A stretch of DNA of 64,000 nt from Bacilli bacterium (GTDB lineage: Bacteria; Bacillota_I; Bacilli_A; ML615J-28; CAG-313): the NCBI GenBank assembly GCA_017398545.1, contig JAFQFT010000013.1, positions 5,572 through 69,571 on the forward strand. The letters run 5' to 3'. The notes beneath the pieces were generated by a model, which was not told the origin of the DNA, did no database searches, and saw only the letters and a program-made list of their open reading frames with translations. Positions 28,623-37,290 of the stretch are shown one piece after another. The translations under genes and the position numbers were made by a program. The first letter of the stretch is position 1, and every line of letters begins with the position of its first letter.

Positions 28623-29783
28623 CTATCTATACTTTGTAAGAATTTGAATTCTTACAAGTTCATCTACACTCATAATTTTAGGAATAGTTAAATCACCACT
28701 TGTAAATTTTTCATATATTGGATTATCAAGTGCTTCTTTAACAATATTCTCAATATCTAAAAATTTAATCTTATCTTTTAAGAATAAACCTACTGCAACT
28801 TCATTAGCAGCATTTAAAATTGTTGGATAAATATTTCCTCGTTTTATAGCCTCTATTGCATACCCTAACATTGGAAATCTATTTACTGATAACTCTTCAA
28901 AATGAAGTGTCCCAACTTTTACTAAATCAAGTCTTTCAACCAGTTCAGTATATGAATGACTAGGATATTCAAGCGCATATTTAATTGGAAGTCGCATATC
29001 ACTAGTAGCCATTTGCGCAAATACACTTCCGTCAAGAAATTCCACAAAAGAATGAATAATACTTTCTTTATGCATTATATAATCTATTTTATCCATTGGT
29101 AAATCAAATAAATAATGTGCTTCAATAAGTTCAAAACCTTTATTCATCATTGTCGCAGAATCAATTGTTATCTTAGATCCCATGCTCCAATTTGGATGAT
29201 TTAACGCATCTTCTTTTGTAACGTTTTCAAGCTCATCTCTTGTTTTGTCTCTAAATGATCCACCAGATGCAGTAATGATTATACGTTTAACATCATCAAT
29301 ATTATTACCATTTAATAATTGAAATATTGCGCTATGTTCACTATCAATAGGAATAATTTTTACACCCATTTCTTTTGCTTTAGCCATAACAATTTCTCCA
29401 CCAATAACTAGAGTTTCTTTATTAGCTAAATATACATCTCTACCTACTTCAATAGCACTTAATGTTGGTAAAAGCCCCACAGCACCAACTAAAGAATTAA
29501 TAACTTTAGGACATAAACAATCATGTGTAGCAACTTGTTGTAAACCTTTATTTCCAAAAGTAACTTTTACTTTTGGAAATTTTTCTTTTATAACATTAGC
29601 ATCAAACTCTTCAATTGCGCATACTAAATCAGGTTCAAATTCTTCAACAATTTCTAATGCTTTATTTATATTATGCCCAAAACTAAATGCTGCAAGTCTA
29701 TAAACATCACGCTTTTCTCTTATTAAATCAAGTACTTGTCCACCAATTGAACCTGTAGCACCAAGCAAACATAACTCTATCAT
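28623..29783 (-). CDS. dxr: 1-deoxy-D-xylulose-5-phosphate reductoisomerase
   Basis: LLGATGSIGGQ NADPH-binding motif, LANKE, and NKGFELIEAHYLF. I moved the start to the ATG at 29783 (MIELCLLG...), which forms an ATGA overlap with the cdsA stop. The ORF-track start at 29828 adds 15 implausible residues. Confidence 0.92.
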   Translation of the reverse strand: MIELCLLGATGSIGGQVLDLIREKRDVYRLAAFSFGHNINKALEIVEEFEPDLVCAIEEFDANVIKEKFPKVKVTFGNKGLQQVATHDCLCPKVINSLVGAVGLLPTLSAIEVGRDVYLANKETLVIGGEIVMAKAKEMGVKIIPIDSEHSAIFQLLNGNNIDDVKRIIITASGGSFRDKTRDELENVTKEDALNHPNWSMGSKITIDSATMMNKGFELIEAHYLFDLPMDKIDYIMHKESIIHSFVEFLDGSVFAQMATSDMRLPIKYALEYPSHSYTELVERLDLVKVGTLHFEELSVNRFPMLGYAIEAIKRGNIYPTILNAANEVAVGLFLKDKIKFLDIENIVKEALDNPIYEKFTSGDLTIPKIMSVDELVRIQILTKYR

Positions 29784-30688
29784 AGTATAACTCCTAATAA
29801 TGTAAGTACTACAAAAAATACAGCACAAGTTAAAATAACACTATCAAAGCGATCCATTACACCACCATGACCAGGAAATATTTTACCATAATCTTTAATT
29901 TCATATTCTCTTTTTAATTTAGATGCTATTAAATCACCTAATTGACTAATAATAGTTAACATTAAAGAAATAACCGCAATAATAACTATTTTAAATCCAA
30001 GTTTATCAATACCAAATAAATTAAATCCCACAAACTCTTCCGCAAGTATTAAACAAACAGTACCAACAATAGTCCCACAAATAGAACCACCTATTGCACC
30101 TTCAACACTCTTATTTGGTGAAATACTAGGAATAAGCTTATGTTTACCAATTCTACAACCTATAGAATAAGCACCAATATCAGTAAATATAGTAGTAAAA
30201 TAAATATAAACAAAAATAAATAAACCACTTAAATTTAAATCAATATTACCTAATTTTACATTATTAACAGCATATAAATCAACATTTCTTATAGTTGCCA
30301 TAACACCAAAACTAAGACCACCATATAATATAGCACCAATATAATAAAAACTATCACTTACCTTTAATTCACTATATATAAGTGATGTAATTAATAGTAC
30401 AATAACAATTAATAATAAACCAAATAAAATATATTTTTGCGCATCAAAATTAATCTTTAAATCAGCAAACATTGTAATAATTACCATACCACTTGAAAAA
30501 CTAGGTATAACAATATCAAGTATTTTAGGTAAATTATATTTACGGTTATGCATCTTAACAAGCTCATATGTCCCAATAAAAGCTAAAACTGCACATAAAC
30601 CATACATAAAATACCCACCAAGTAAAATAAATGGAATTAAAATTATTACCATTGCTATAGCAGTAACAACTCTAACTTTACTCAGCAT
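29780..30688 (-). CDS. cdsA: Phosphatidate cytidylyltransferase
   Basis: C-terminal signature SxLKRxxxxKDxGxxxPGHGGxxDRxDS (ASKLKREYEIKDYGKIFPGHGGVMDRFDS). I moved the start to the ATG at 30688 (MLSKVRVV...), which has SD GGAGA. Confidence 0.9.
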   Translation of the reverse strand: MLSKVRVVTAIAMVIILIPFILLGGYFMYGLCAVLAFIGTYELVKMHNRKYNLPKILDIVIPSFSSGMVIITMFADLKINFDAQKYILFGLLLIVIVLLITSLIYSELKVSDSFYYIGAILYGGLSFGVMATIRNVDLYAVNNVKLGNIDLNLSGLFIFVYIYFTTIFTDIGAYSIGCRIGKHKLIPSISPNKSVEGAIGGSICGTIVGTVCLILAEEFVGFNLFGIDKLGFKIVIIAVISLMLTIISQLGDLIASKLKREYEIKDYGKIFPGHGGVMDRFDSVILTCAVFFVVLTLLGVIL

Positions 30689-31430
30689 TCTTATTCTCCA
30701 ATCCTCCAAATCTTCTATTACGACTTTGGAATGCATCTATACACTCATATAATTCTCTTTTATTAAAATCAGGCCAGTAACAAGAAGTAAAAATAAACTC
30801 ACTATATGCAAGTTGCCATGGCAAGAAATTACTAAGTCTCTTTTCACCACTAGTTCTAATCATTAAATCAACTGGATCAATACCAGCAGTATATAAATGT
30901 TCATCAAATAATTCAACATTTATATCATCAATTGATATTTCACCATCTACAACTTTCTTACATATTTCTTTTGTAGCGTGAACAATTTCTTGTCTACCAC
31001 CATAATTAAAACATATTCCAAGCGTATAATTTGTAAATTCTTTAGTTAAATCCTCAATTTTATTAATAGTTTCTAAAACATCACTTGGTAAATTAGTTCT
31101 TTCACCAATAATTGAAACTCTTGTTTTATTTTTAATTAACTTTTCTGTATATTTATCAATATTCTTTACAAATGCTTTCATTAAAAACTCTACTTCATCA
31201 CTTGGTCTAGACCAGTTCTCCGTAGAAAAAGCATATACAAGCATTGCTTTAACACCTAAATCTCTACATAATTCAGATGTTTTTACAAGTGTTTCAATCC
31301 CTTTAGTATGACCAAAAGTACGAGGAAGTCCACGTTTTTTAGCCCATCTACCATTACCATCCAAAATAAATGCAATAGTATTTGGAATCTTTTTACTTAA
31401 AATCTTATTTTTCAATTCATCAATTTTCAT
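30678..31430 (-). CDS. uppS: Undecaprenyl-diphosphate synthase (isoprenyl transferase)
   Basis: IAFILDGNGRWAKKRGLPRTFGH and the C-terminal RRFGG are classic UppS motifs. Confidence 0.93.
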   Translation of the reverse strand: MKIDELKNKILSKKIPNTIAFILDGNGRWAKKRGLPRTFGHTKGIETLVKTSELCRDLGVKAMLVYAFSTENWSRPSDEVEFLMKAFVKNIDKYTEKLIKNKTRVSIIGERTNLPSDVLETINKIEDLTKEFTNYTLGICFNYGGRQEIVHATKEICKKVVDGEISIDDINVELFDEHLYTAGIDPVDLMIRTSGEKRLSNFLPWQLAYSEFIFTSCYWPDFNKRELYECIDAFQSRNRRFGGLENKNAE

Positions 31431-31464
31431 AAAGATACCTCTAAATATAAATCTCTATTTATCT

Positions 31465-31493
31465 ATTATACTATATTTCACAATAAAAATCAA
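31465..31493 (-). promoter_or_regulatory. Sigma-A-type promoter for uppS-cdsA-dxr-rseP
   Basis: The minus strand reads TTGATT (31493-31488), 17 nt, then TATAAT (31470-31465). The ATG is at 31430, preceded by SD AGAGG. Confidence 0.55.
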
Positions 31494-31511
31494 ATCAATA
31501 CCACTAAAAAA

Positions 31512-31540
31512 GAAACCATAAGCACTAAACTTATGGTTTC
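31512..31540 (-). terminator. Rho-independent terminator after the HD-domain gene
   Basis: Perfect 11-bp stem gaaaccataag / cttatggtttc with a 7-nt loop, followed on the minus strand by TTTTTT. Confidence 0.8.
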
Positions 31541-31564
31541 TATTATATATTACAAATATTAACT

Positions 31565-32221
31565 CTAAATTAATTCATGATCATTTATTACAAGTTTAAA
31601 TTCTAATCCAAAAAATGAAGCAGCTTTTTCACATAATTTCATACGTGATAAGAATATTTCAAAATATTCCATAATTGAACAAATACTTGTATCAATTACT
31701 AAATTAAGATTTAAAGTCTTATTATCTTTATCTACAACAACTCTACTTTTAATAGCAGCATAATTAACACGATTATGAATATCAAACTCTAATATTTCTT
31801 TTCTAACTCTACTTCTTCTAACATCAGTTTTATCTGCAATAATAAGTGCAGAAGAAATAATACTTACAGGATATGCAGATGATTCATCATGATTACCAAT
31901 TGCAGATACAATTAACGCAATCTCACTTGTATCCATTCCAAGTTTTTCTAAAATATGAAAAGCCATTAAAGCACCACTTCTAGCATGACCTGCACGATTA
32001 ACAACATTTCCAATATCATGCATATAAGCTGCAATCTTACCTAGTTCAATTATTCTGTCATCATAACCTAAACTTGTAAGTATTTCTTCAACAACAGCAG
32101 CACATCTTAAAACATGCTTAAACGAATGTTCAGTATATCCAATATCAGCTAAATACTTATCAGCTGATTCAATATATGTATTAATTTCTTTATTTTCTTT
32201 TATTTCTTTAAATGTAATCAT
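31565..32221 (-). CDS. HD-domain phosphohydrolase
   Basis: H...HD...D pattern: FKHVLR, YMHDIGN, GNHDE, ADKTD. Confidence 0.7.
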   Translation of the reverse strand: MITFKEIKENKEINTYIESADKYLADIGYTEHSFKHVLRCAAVVEEILTSLGYDDRIIELGKIAAYMHDIGNVVNRAGHARSGALMAFHILEKLGMDTSEIALIVSAIGNHDESSAYPVSIISSALIIADKTDVRRSRVRKEILEFDIHNRVNYAAIKSRVVVDKDNKTLNLNLVIDTSICSIMEYFEIFLSRMKLCEKAASFFGLEFKLVINDHELI

Positions 32222-32251
32222 TTTTTTCTCCTTTAAATTTTTATTACCATT

Positions 32252-33589
32252 TTATAAACAAATTGACATATAATAAGGTAAATATACTATATTATCCTCT
32301 ACTTTAATATCTCCATTATGTAAAACATATAATGTTCCAATTTTTTTATTAAAAATATTTTTAAATTTTAATAGAGATGAAATAGTATAATTATTTGTAG
32401 ACTTAACTTCTATTGGACATACTTTATTATTATGCCTAATTAGAAAATCAATTTCCATTACCGTATTTTTAGATTCTTTATCAGTTTTTTTATAATAATA
32501 TATATTATGACCATTTGCTCTTAAAGCTTGTGCTACAATATTTTCGATAATCATTCCTTCATTAATATGTAGTTTATCAAATAAAATTGCTTCATAAAAT
32601 TCATTTTCTAAATAATCCTTATTTTTATATGCTAAAGATACAAGCAATCCTGTATCCCCCATATAACATTTAAATGATGGGTCTGTAGTTGACAAATTAA
32701 ACGCAACGCTCGGATCACTTACATTTTCTGCAATATTAACTATCATTGCATCATTCAACCATCTTATTGGTTCCTTATACTCACGACGTCTAGCTCCTTC
32801 AATATGAGATAAAACAAATTGTTTATCATGTTTTGAAAGTTCAGAAGGAATATGTAAAAATATATTTTTTACATACACTGGATTCACTTCATTTTGTGTT
32901 TCTATATCATTCTCATATAGGTTTAATATATTTTGTTTTACAAAATCAACTTTACCGAAATCTTTAGATTTTACATATTCTGCAACTGCTTGAGGCATTC
33001 CTCCAACAAGAAGATATTCTCTAAAGCTTTTCATGATATCTTTATTTATTTTTCCAAGTGGTCTTAAATTAGTATAATGTTCTTTAATAATATCTATTGT
33101 AATATCATTATTCATTGCCCACATATATTCTTCAAAATCCATCGGTAATACTTCAATTGTATATTCCTCGGATGGTATCAATATATCTTTACTCTTTTTG
33201 GTTATTGAAGCAAGTGAACCAGTTTCAACATAATCATATCTCTTATCTTCAAGTAAAGTTTTTAGTGCTTTTCTAGCTGCAGGAAATAATTGTATTTCAT
33301 CAAGAATAATTAATGATTCTCTAACATATAACCTAGTTTTATAAAATATTTGTAATTTATTAAAAAAATAATCTAAATCTTCTAATGAATTTATAAACAA
33401 TTCTTTTATCTCATCAGGAGCTTTATCAAATCTTATTTCAATATATGATTTATATTCTTCCCTACCTAACCTTAATGCAAGTGTAGATTTACCAACACGT
33501 CTAGCACCCTTTAAAAACAAAGCATAATCAGGAGCATATTCATTTTTCCATTTAATCATTTTATTATAAACTTTTCTCTTAAACTCCAT
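32252..33589 (-). CDS. AAA-type ATPase with C-terminal PD-(D/E)xK nuclease-like domain (DUF4143-type architecture)
   Basis: Walker A GARRVGKST and Walker B LIILDEIQ. The C-terminal MEIDFLIRHNNKVCPIEVKS fits a D...ExK nuclease motif. Confidence 0.7.
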   Translation of the reverse strand: MEFKRKVYNKMIKWKNEYAPDYALFLKGARRVGKSTLALRLGREEYKSYIEIRFDKAPDEIKELFINSLEDLDYFFNKLQIFYKTRLYVRESLIILDEIQLFPAARKALKTLLEDKRYDYVETGSLASITKKSKDILIPSEEYTIEVLPMDFEEYMWAMNNDITIDIIKEHYTNLRPLGKINKDIMKSFREYLLVGGMPQAVAEYVKSKDFGKVDFVKQNILNLYENDIETQNEVNPVYVKNIFLHIPSELSKHDKQFVLSHIEGARRREYKEPIRWLNDAMIVNIAENVSDPSVAFNLSTTDPSFKCYMGDTGLLVSLAYKNKDYLENEFYEAILFDKLHINEGMIIENIVAQALRANGHNIYYYKKTDKESKNTVMEIDFLIRHNNKVCPIEVKSTNNYTISSLLKFKNIFNKKIGTLYVLHNGDIKVEDNIVYLPYYMSICL

Positions 33590-33631
33590 ATATTTTTTCC
33601 TTTCTCACAATTGCGAAGACTTTACACTCAT

Positions 33632-33660
33632 ATTATATCACAATTGCGAATGATTTTCAA
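33632..33660 (-). promoter_or_regulatory. Promoter P1 of the ATPase-nuclease gene, with an operator copy filling most of the spacer
   Basis: The minus strand reads TTGAAA (33660-33655), 17 nt (atcaTTCGCAATTGTGA), then TATAAT (33637-33632) with an extended TG. A further operator copy lies between the -10 and the SD. Confidence 0.6.
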
Positions 33661-33730
33661 GTATAACATTTCACAATTGCGAAGACATTTTGCGTGTTAT
33701 TTTTCACAATTGCGAAGACTACACACACAT

Positions 33731-33759
33731 ATTTTATCACAATTGCGAAAACATTTCAA
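33731..33759 (-). promoter_or_regulatory. Promoter P2, a duplicate of P1 lying 99 bp upstream
   Basis: The minus strand reads TTGAAA (33759-33754), 17 nt (tgttTTCGCAATTGTGA), then TAAAAT (33736-33731). Confidence 0.5.
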
Positions 33760-33864
33760 GTATGATATTTCACAATTGCGAATAAATTACAAATTTATTA
33801 TATAACAATTTTAATAAATTTATACGTATACAAATTGTTTTAATTATCCAATAGCTATATAAAA

Positions 33865-33890
33865 AGGATAAACCCTTTTGAGTTTATCCT
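33865..33890 (-). terminator. Rho-independent terminator after the 935-aa lipoprotein gene
   Basis: Stem aggataaac / gtttatcct with an 8-nt loop, flanked by A- and T-runs. Confidence 0.7.
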
Positions 33891-33901
33891 TATTTTATAT
33901 A

Positions 33902-36709
33902 TTAAATTGCTTCACAACTTGTAATAATATAAGTATATTGAGTTTGATACCAGTTATAAGAAACTAAAGTAACTTTAACTTGCTTACCATTTAATGCTTC
34001 TAATGGTTGATAATTTTCTTGATAGAATTTAGCATTTGTATAGTTATACATTACAATTTCAGTATCACCAGATGTAATAGAAACTTTTTCGCCTTGAGTA
34101 GTGATATTTAAAGTACCAGTTACATTAGTATAAACTAAACCACCATTTTTAGCAGCTTCACCAGCAAATGCATCAGATGCAACATCTTTTAAACTTGCAT
34201 TTACTTTAAATGCATCTTGAGGAATTACATTACCACTTGATAATACTTCAACAGTACCTTTAGAAATTTGAGGTAAACCATAATAAATATCAATATTACC
34301 TTGAATTCTTACCTTATCACCAACTTCAACAGCAGCAGATGAATAAGATAGGATAGTTGCAGTACCATCAGTTATATAGAAATTCCAAGTACTTGCACCA
34401 CTTGATTTAACAAGTCCACATACGATACCTTCAACAACTACAGTTGGACCGCCTTTAGCAGCTTGATCTCTAAAGTCTTTTAATGAAATAACTGAAGCTT
34501 TAACAACATTAAATGCAATAGTAATATCTTCATTATATTCACCAAGTTTGAAATTAACAACTACTTTAGCATTTTCAGTAGATGTTGGTTCTTTTACATC
34601 AACTGTAAATACACCATTTTCTACTTTTGCAGTAACTTGTGAAGAACTAACTTCTTTAACTGTTAAAGTCGCACCTTCTGGCACATTATAAGTAACAGTA
34701 GCAGCACTTGGATATTCAGCAGCGAATTTTCCTAATAATTCTTCTTTTGCAAATCCAGCAACTAAATGGTCAGGAGTAGGAACAACTTGAAGAACTTCTA
34801 ATACACCAGCTTTCCAAATGAATTCACCACTTGATTTAGCACCAATACGAAGTGTTACATAAGCTTCTACACATAAACCAGCATATTCTGATAACCATGC
34901 ATATTCACCAGGACCAGTTTTATTTGAGTTTTGTGAATAAACGATCATACTTAAAGATGGATCTTCTAAATCATGAATATAATAATTCACATAATTTCCA
35001 CTTGATTTTTCAACATACATTGTTGTTTTATAAACTTTATTAGAAATATTATTATCAGATGGATTATTAACTAATTCAGCCATAGGCATTTCTTCAATCC
35101 ATTCACTTGGAATTTCATTTTCTTGCCAATCTTGATATAATACTTCAGCATTATTTAAACGAATAGAACCTGTATGATTATAATCTTCTCTTGATTGATA
35201 TAAATCACCTAAACCTTCAACGATTACATATTCACCTTTTTTAAGTTTAGTTATATCTGTATTAGCATCAACAGCAGTAGAAATAAATACTGCAATTGAG
35301 GAAGTTTCATCAATTAATTCAAATCCAGCAGGAGTAGTAGCACCTTTCATATATAAGAAACCAACAATGTAACCTTCGATAACAGCTTTTTCACCTACAG
35401 GAACATTTCTTGCTTCTTCAATAGAAATAGTTTCAATTTCAGGTTTTTCAATTCCACATTCAAATGAAACTTCACGTTCATAATTAACACCTTTATACTC
35501 TACATTAATAACAACATTCATAACTACTTTTTCTTCACCGAAGTTTAAAGCAATATTAAATACATCTTCTTTATCAGCAATTACAACACCTTCAGATGTA
35601 GATATATAACTAACCTTAGACCCTTCTAAAATTTCATCAGTTTTTACTAAATCAAAATCACATAATGCAGTATATTTTTCAGCAAATTGTTTTTCTAATC
35701 TATCAAGAGCATATAATGCATAAGTTTCATCACTTACTTCAACTTCATCTAAAATTTGAAGAGGAACAATTCTCCAGAAGTTTCCACTTGCAGATAATTT
35801 ACAGTTTTGAATAGCAATAATACATTCTCTAACTTCACCATCATATTCATTTAACCATTCTAAATCAGCACCATTAGCAGTTGTATAAGCATAATAACTA
35901 TCAACACCATTTAAATCGTTAAAGTAATAATTAACAAATCCATTACCTTGACTTCTATTAATTCTTGCAACAACTTTATAAACATTTGATGTAATATTTT
36001 CAGAAACTGGAATCATACATAAATCAGCAATTGAAGTTTCTTCAACAAAATCAGTATTAATTTCATTTTCTTTACTTACAACTTCACAAGTTGCAGGAAC
36101 AATTTGTCTAGCACCAGTATAACCAGCATATTGAGCTGAAGATGCACTTGATTCATCAATATATTTAGTAAAATGACCAGTAATAATTACTTCATCACCA
36201 GCAACTACTTCTTTTGCATAGTCATATGAATATACATAAATAGCATCAGTATTGTCATATAAATAGAAACCAACAGGAATATTTTTAGTAGTACCATAAA
36301 CAACAAAAGCAACAACACCATTTACATAAACTTCTTGTCCTTCAGCAAATCCTTTTACTTCTTTTAAAGAATCATATTCTTCTGCAAGAACAACAAATTC
36401 ATATACTTTTAAAGTTTGAGCACCATTAAGTTCAAACTTAACAGCAACTTCTACTACTTGATCTTCTCTTTGTCTAACAACAACACCTTCATTAGAAATA
36501 ACTTCAGGTTTTGAAGATTCATATGTAATTTTAACTCCATCAACATTATTAACGAAATCTAAATCTTCAGTAACTTTATCAAATTTAACATCGCAAAAGA
36601 AATTTTCTGCAACTTTTTCTACACTAGCAAAACCAGGAGTACCAATTGTACATGAAGCAACAAAGCATGCACAAATAGTTAAAACTAATACAGTAAATAA
36701 TTTTTTCAT
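33902..36709 (-). CDS. Surface lipoprotein (935 aa) with three OB-fold-like modules and duplicated accessory modules
   Basis: Lipobox CFVASC|T. Three segments follow the pattern G(x)xVxVxGVVxxxxxxxxxGFYLxDxTxAIxVYS...GDxVxIxG, similar to OB domains of extracellular nucleases and DNA-binding proteins. Paralogous modules are NVYKVVARINRSQGNGFVNYYFNDL and NKVYKTTMYVEKSSGNYVNYYIHDL. Confidence 0.55.
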   Translation of the reverse strand: MKKLFTVLVLTICACFVASCTIGTPGFASVEKVAENFFCDVKFDKVTEDLDFVNNVDGVKITYESSKPEVISNEGVVVRQREDQVVEVAVKFELNGAQTLKVYEFVVLAEEYDSLKEVKGFAEGQEVYVNGVVAFVVYGTTKNIPVGFYLYDNTDAIYVYSYDYAKEVVAGDEVIITGHFTKYIDESSASSAQYAGYTGARQIVPATCEVVSKENEINTDFVEETSIADLCMIPVSENITSNVYKVVARINRSQGNGFVNYYFNDLNGVDSYYAYTTANGADLEWLNEYDGEVRECIIAIQNCKLSASGNFWRIVPLQILDEVEVSDETYALYALDRLEKQFAEKYTALCDFDLVKTDEILEGSKVSYISTSEGVVIADKEDVFNIALNFGEEKVVMNVVINVEYKGVNYEREVSFECGIEKPEIETISIEEARNVPVGEKAVIEGYIVGFLYMKGATTPAGFELIDETSSIAVFISTAVDANTDITKLKKGEYVIVEGLGDLYQSREDYNHTGSIRLNNAEVLYQDWQENEIPSEWIEEMPMAELVNNPSDNNISNKVYKTTMYVEKSSGNYVNYYIHDLEDPSLSMIVYSQNSNKTGPGEYAWLSEYAGLCVEAYVTLRIGAKSSGEFIWKAGVLEVLQVVPTPDHLVAGFAKEELLGKFAAEYPSAATVTYNVPEGATLTVKEVSSSQVTAKVENGVFTVDVKEPTSTENAKVVVNFKLGEYNEDITIAFNVVKASVISLKDFRDQAAKGGPTVVVEGIVCGLVKSSGASTWNFYITDGTATILSYSSAAVEVGDKVRIQGNIDIYYGLPQISKGTVEVLSSGNVIPQDAFKVNASLKDVASDAFAGEAAKNGGLVYTNVTGTLNITTQGEKVSITSGDTEIVMYNYTNAKFYQENYQPLEALNGKQVKVTLVSYNWYQTQYTYIITSCEAI

Positions 36710-36812
36710 ACTTTTCTTCCTTTTCTTAATAATTATTTTTAGGGGGAGAATAATCTCACTTATATTATACTATTTTTAAATTTTTTTTACCATCTATTAA
36801 CACAAAAAAACA

Positions 36813-36836
36813 AACGTATCATTTAACTGATACGTT
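36813..36836 (-). terminator. Rho-independent terminator after the paralog pair
   Basis: Stem aacgtatca / tgatacgtt with a 6-nt loop, followed on the minus strand by TGTTTTTTTG. Confidence 0.75.
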
Positions 36837-37289
36837 TTATAACTTTTTAATAATAACAGCAACTTGATTTTTTTCATCAAGTCCTGCAATTACTGTTTCT
36901 CCTATTACATTATCTAATAGAGTTTCTTTATTTATGCAATAACCACCATAAATACTAATCGTATTAAAAGTTTTAATTTCTTCATTTATTATAAAATTAA
37001 CCACTAAACCACTAGCATAAGATACTCCATTAGAATGAGTTTTTTCAATTTTAACCTCTTGAATATATTTTAGATTAACATTTTTATAATAATTATATTT
37101 AACAAAAGCATAAATAAATATAATAATAAATGGACATAGTATTGCAAAAAAACAAATCCAGAAAATCCATAATTCCATTCCCTCACTAAACACACATCCA
37201 AGCATTGCTAAAAGACTTACTGCTAATGCAATACTACTAATTACTGTTAATCTCACTTGTGATTTATAATAAATTGCATTATGATTCAT
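36837..37289 (-). CDS. Small two-TM membrane protein, paralog B
   Basis: Start moved to the ATG at 37289 (MNHNAIYYK...), with SD GGAGA, 1 nt after the paralog A stop. It shares NHNxIYYK...YY(K)(K/N)V(E/N)LKYIQEVK(L/I)EK with paralog A. Confidence 0.7.
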   Translation of the reverse strand: MNHNAIYYKSQVRLTVISSIALAVSLLAMLGCVFSEGMELWIFWICFFAILCPFIIIFIYAFVKYNYYKNVNLKYIQEVKIEKTHSNGVSYASGLVVNFIINEEIKTFNTISIYGGYCINKETLLDNVIGETVIAGLDEKNQVAVIIKKL

Positions 37290-37290
37290 A

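Larger units (their letters stand above)
33605..33782 (-). promoter_or_regulatory. Array of six 13-nt operator-like sites TCACAATTGCGAA at an exact 33-bp period
   Basis: Copies start at 33605, 33638, 33671, 33704, 33737 and 33770. The core is an imperfect palindrome around CAATTG. The 20-nt variable parts of units 1/4 and 2/5 resemble each other, giving a 99-bp higher-order duplication. Confidence 0.85.

Noticed and set aside
29780-29783. Mollicutes-type code (TGA read as Trp), considered because of the extreme AT content.
   Set aside because: TGA clearly terminates conserved genes at their expected lengths: cdsA at the ATGA junction with dxr, and the 122-aa gene at 49128 with the TTGA overlap. 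Conserved proteins show no need for in-frame TGA read-through.
33605-33782. Possible mini-CRISPR array (regular repeat and variable spacer pattern).
   Set aside because: The conserved part is only ~13 nt and the variable parts are 20 nt. Those variable parts are themselves duplicated (units 1/4 and 2/5), and no cas genes are present. The variable parts contain -35 and -10 hexamers, which fits a promoter/operator array instead.
33611-33805. Plus-strand 64-aa ORF with ISQLR repeats.
   Set aside because: It is an artefact of translating the 33-bp periodic operator array. It has no SD and lies antisense to the promoters identified there.
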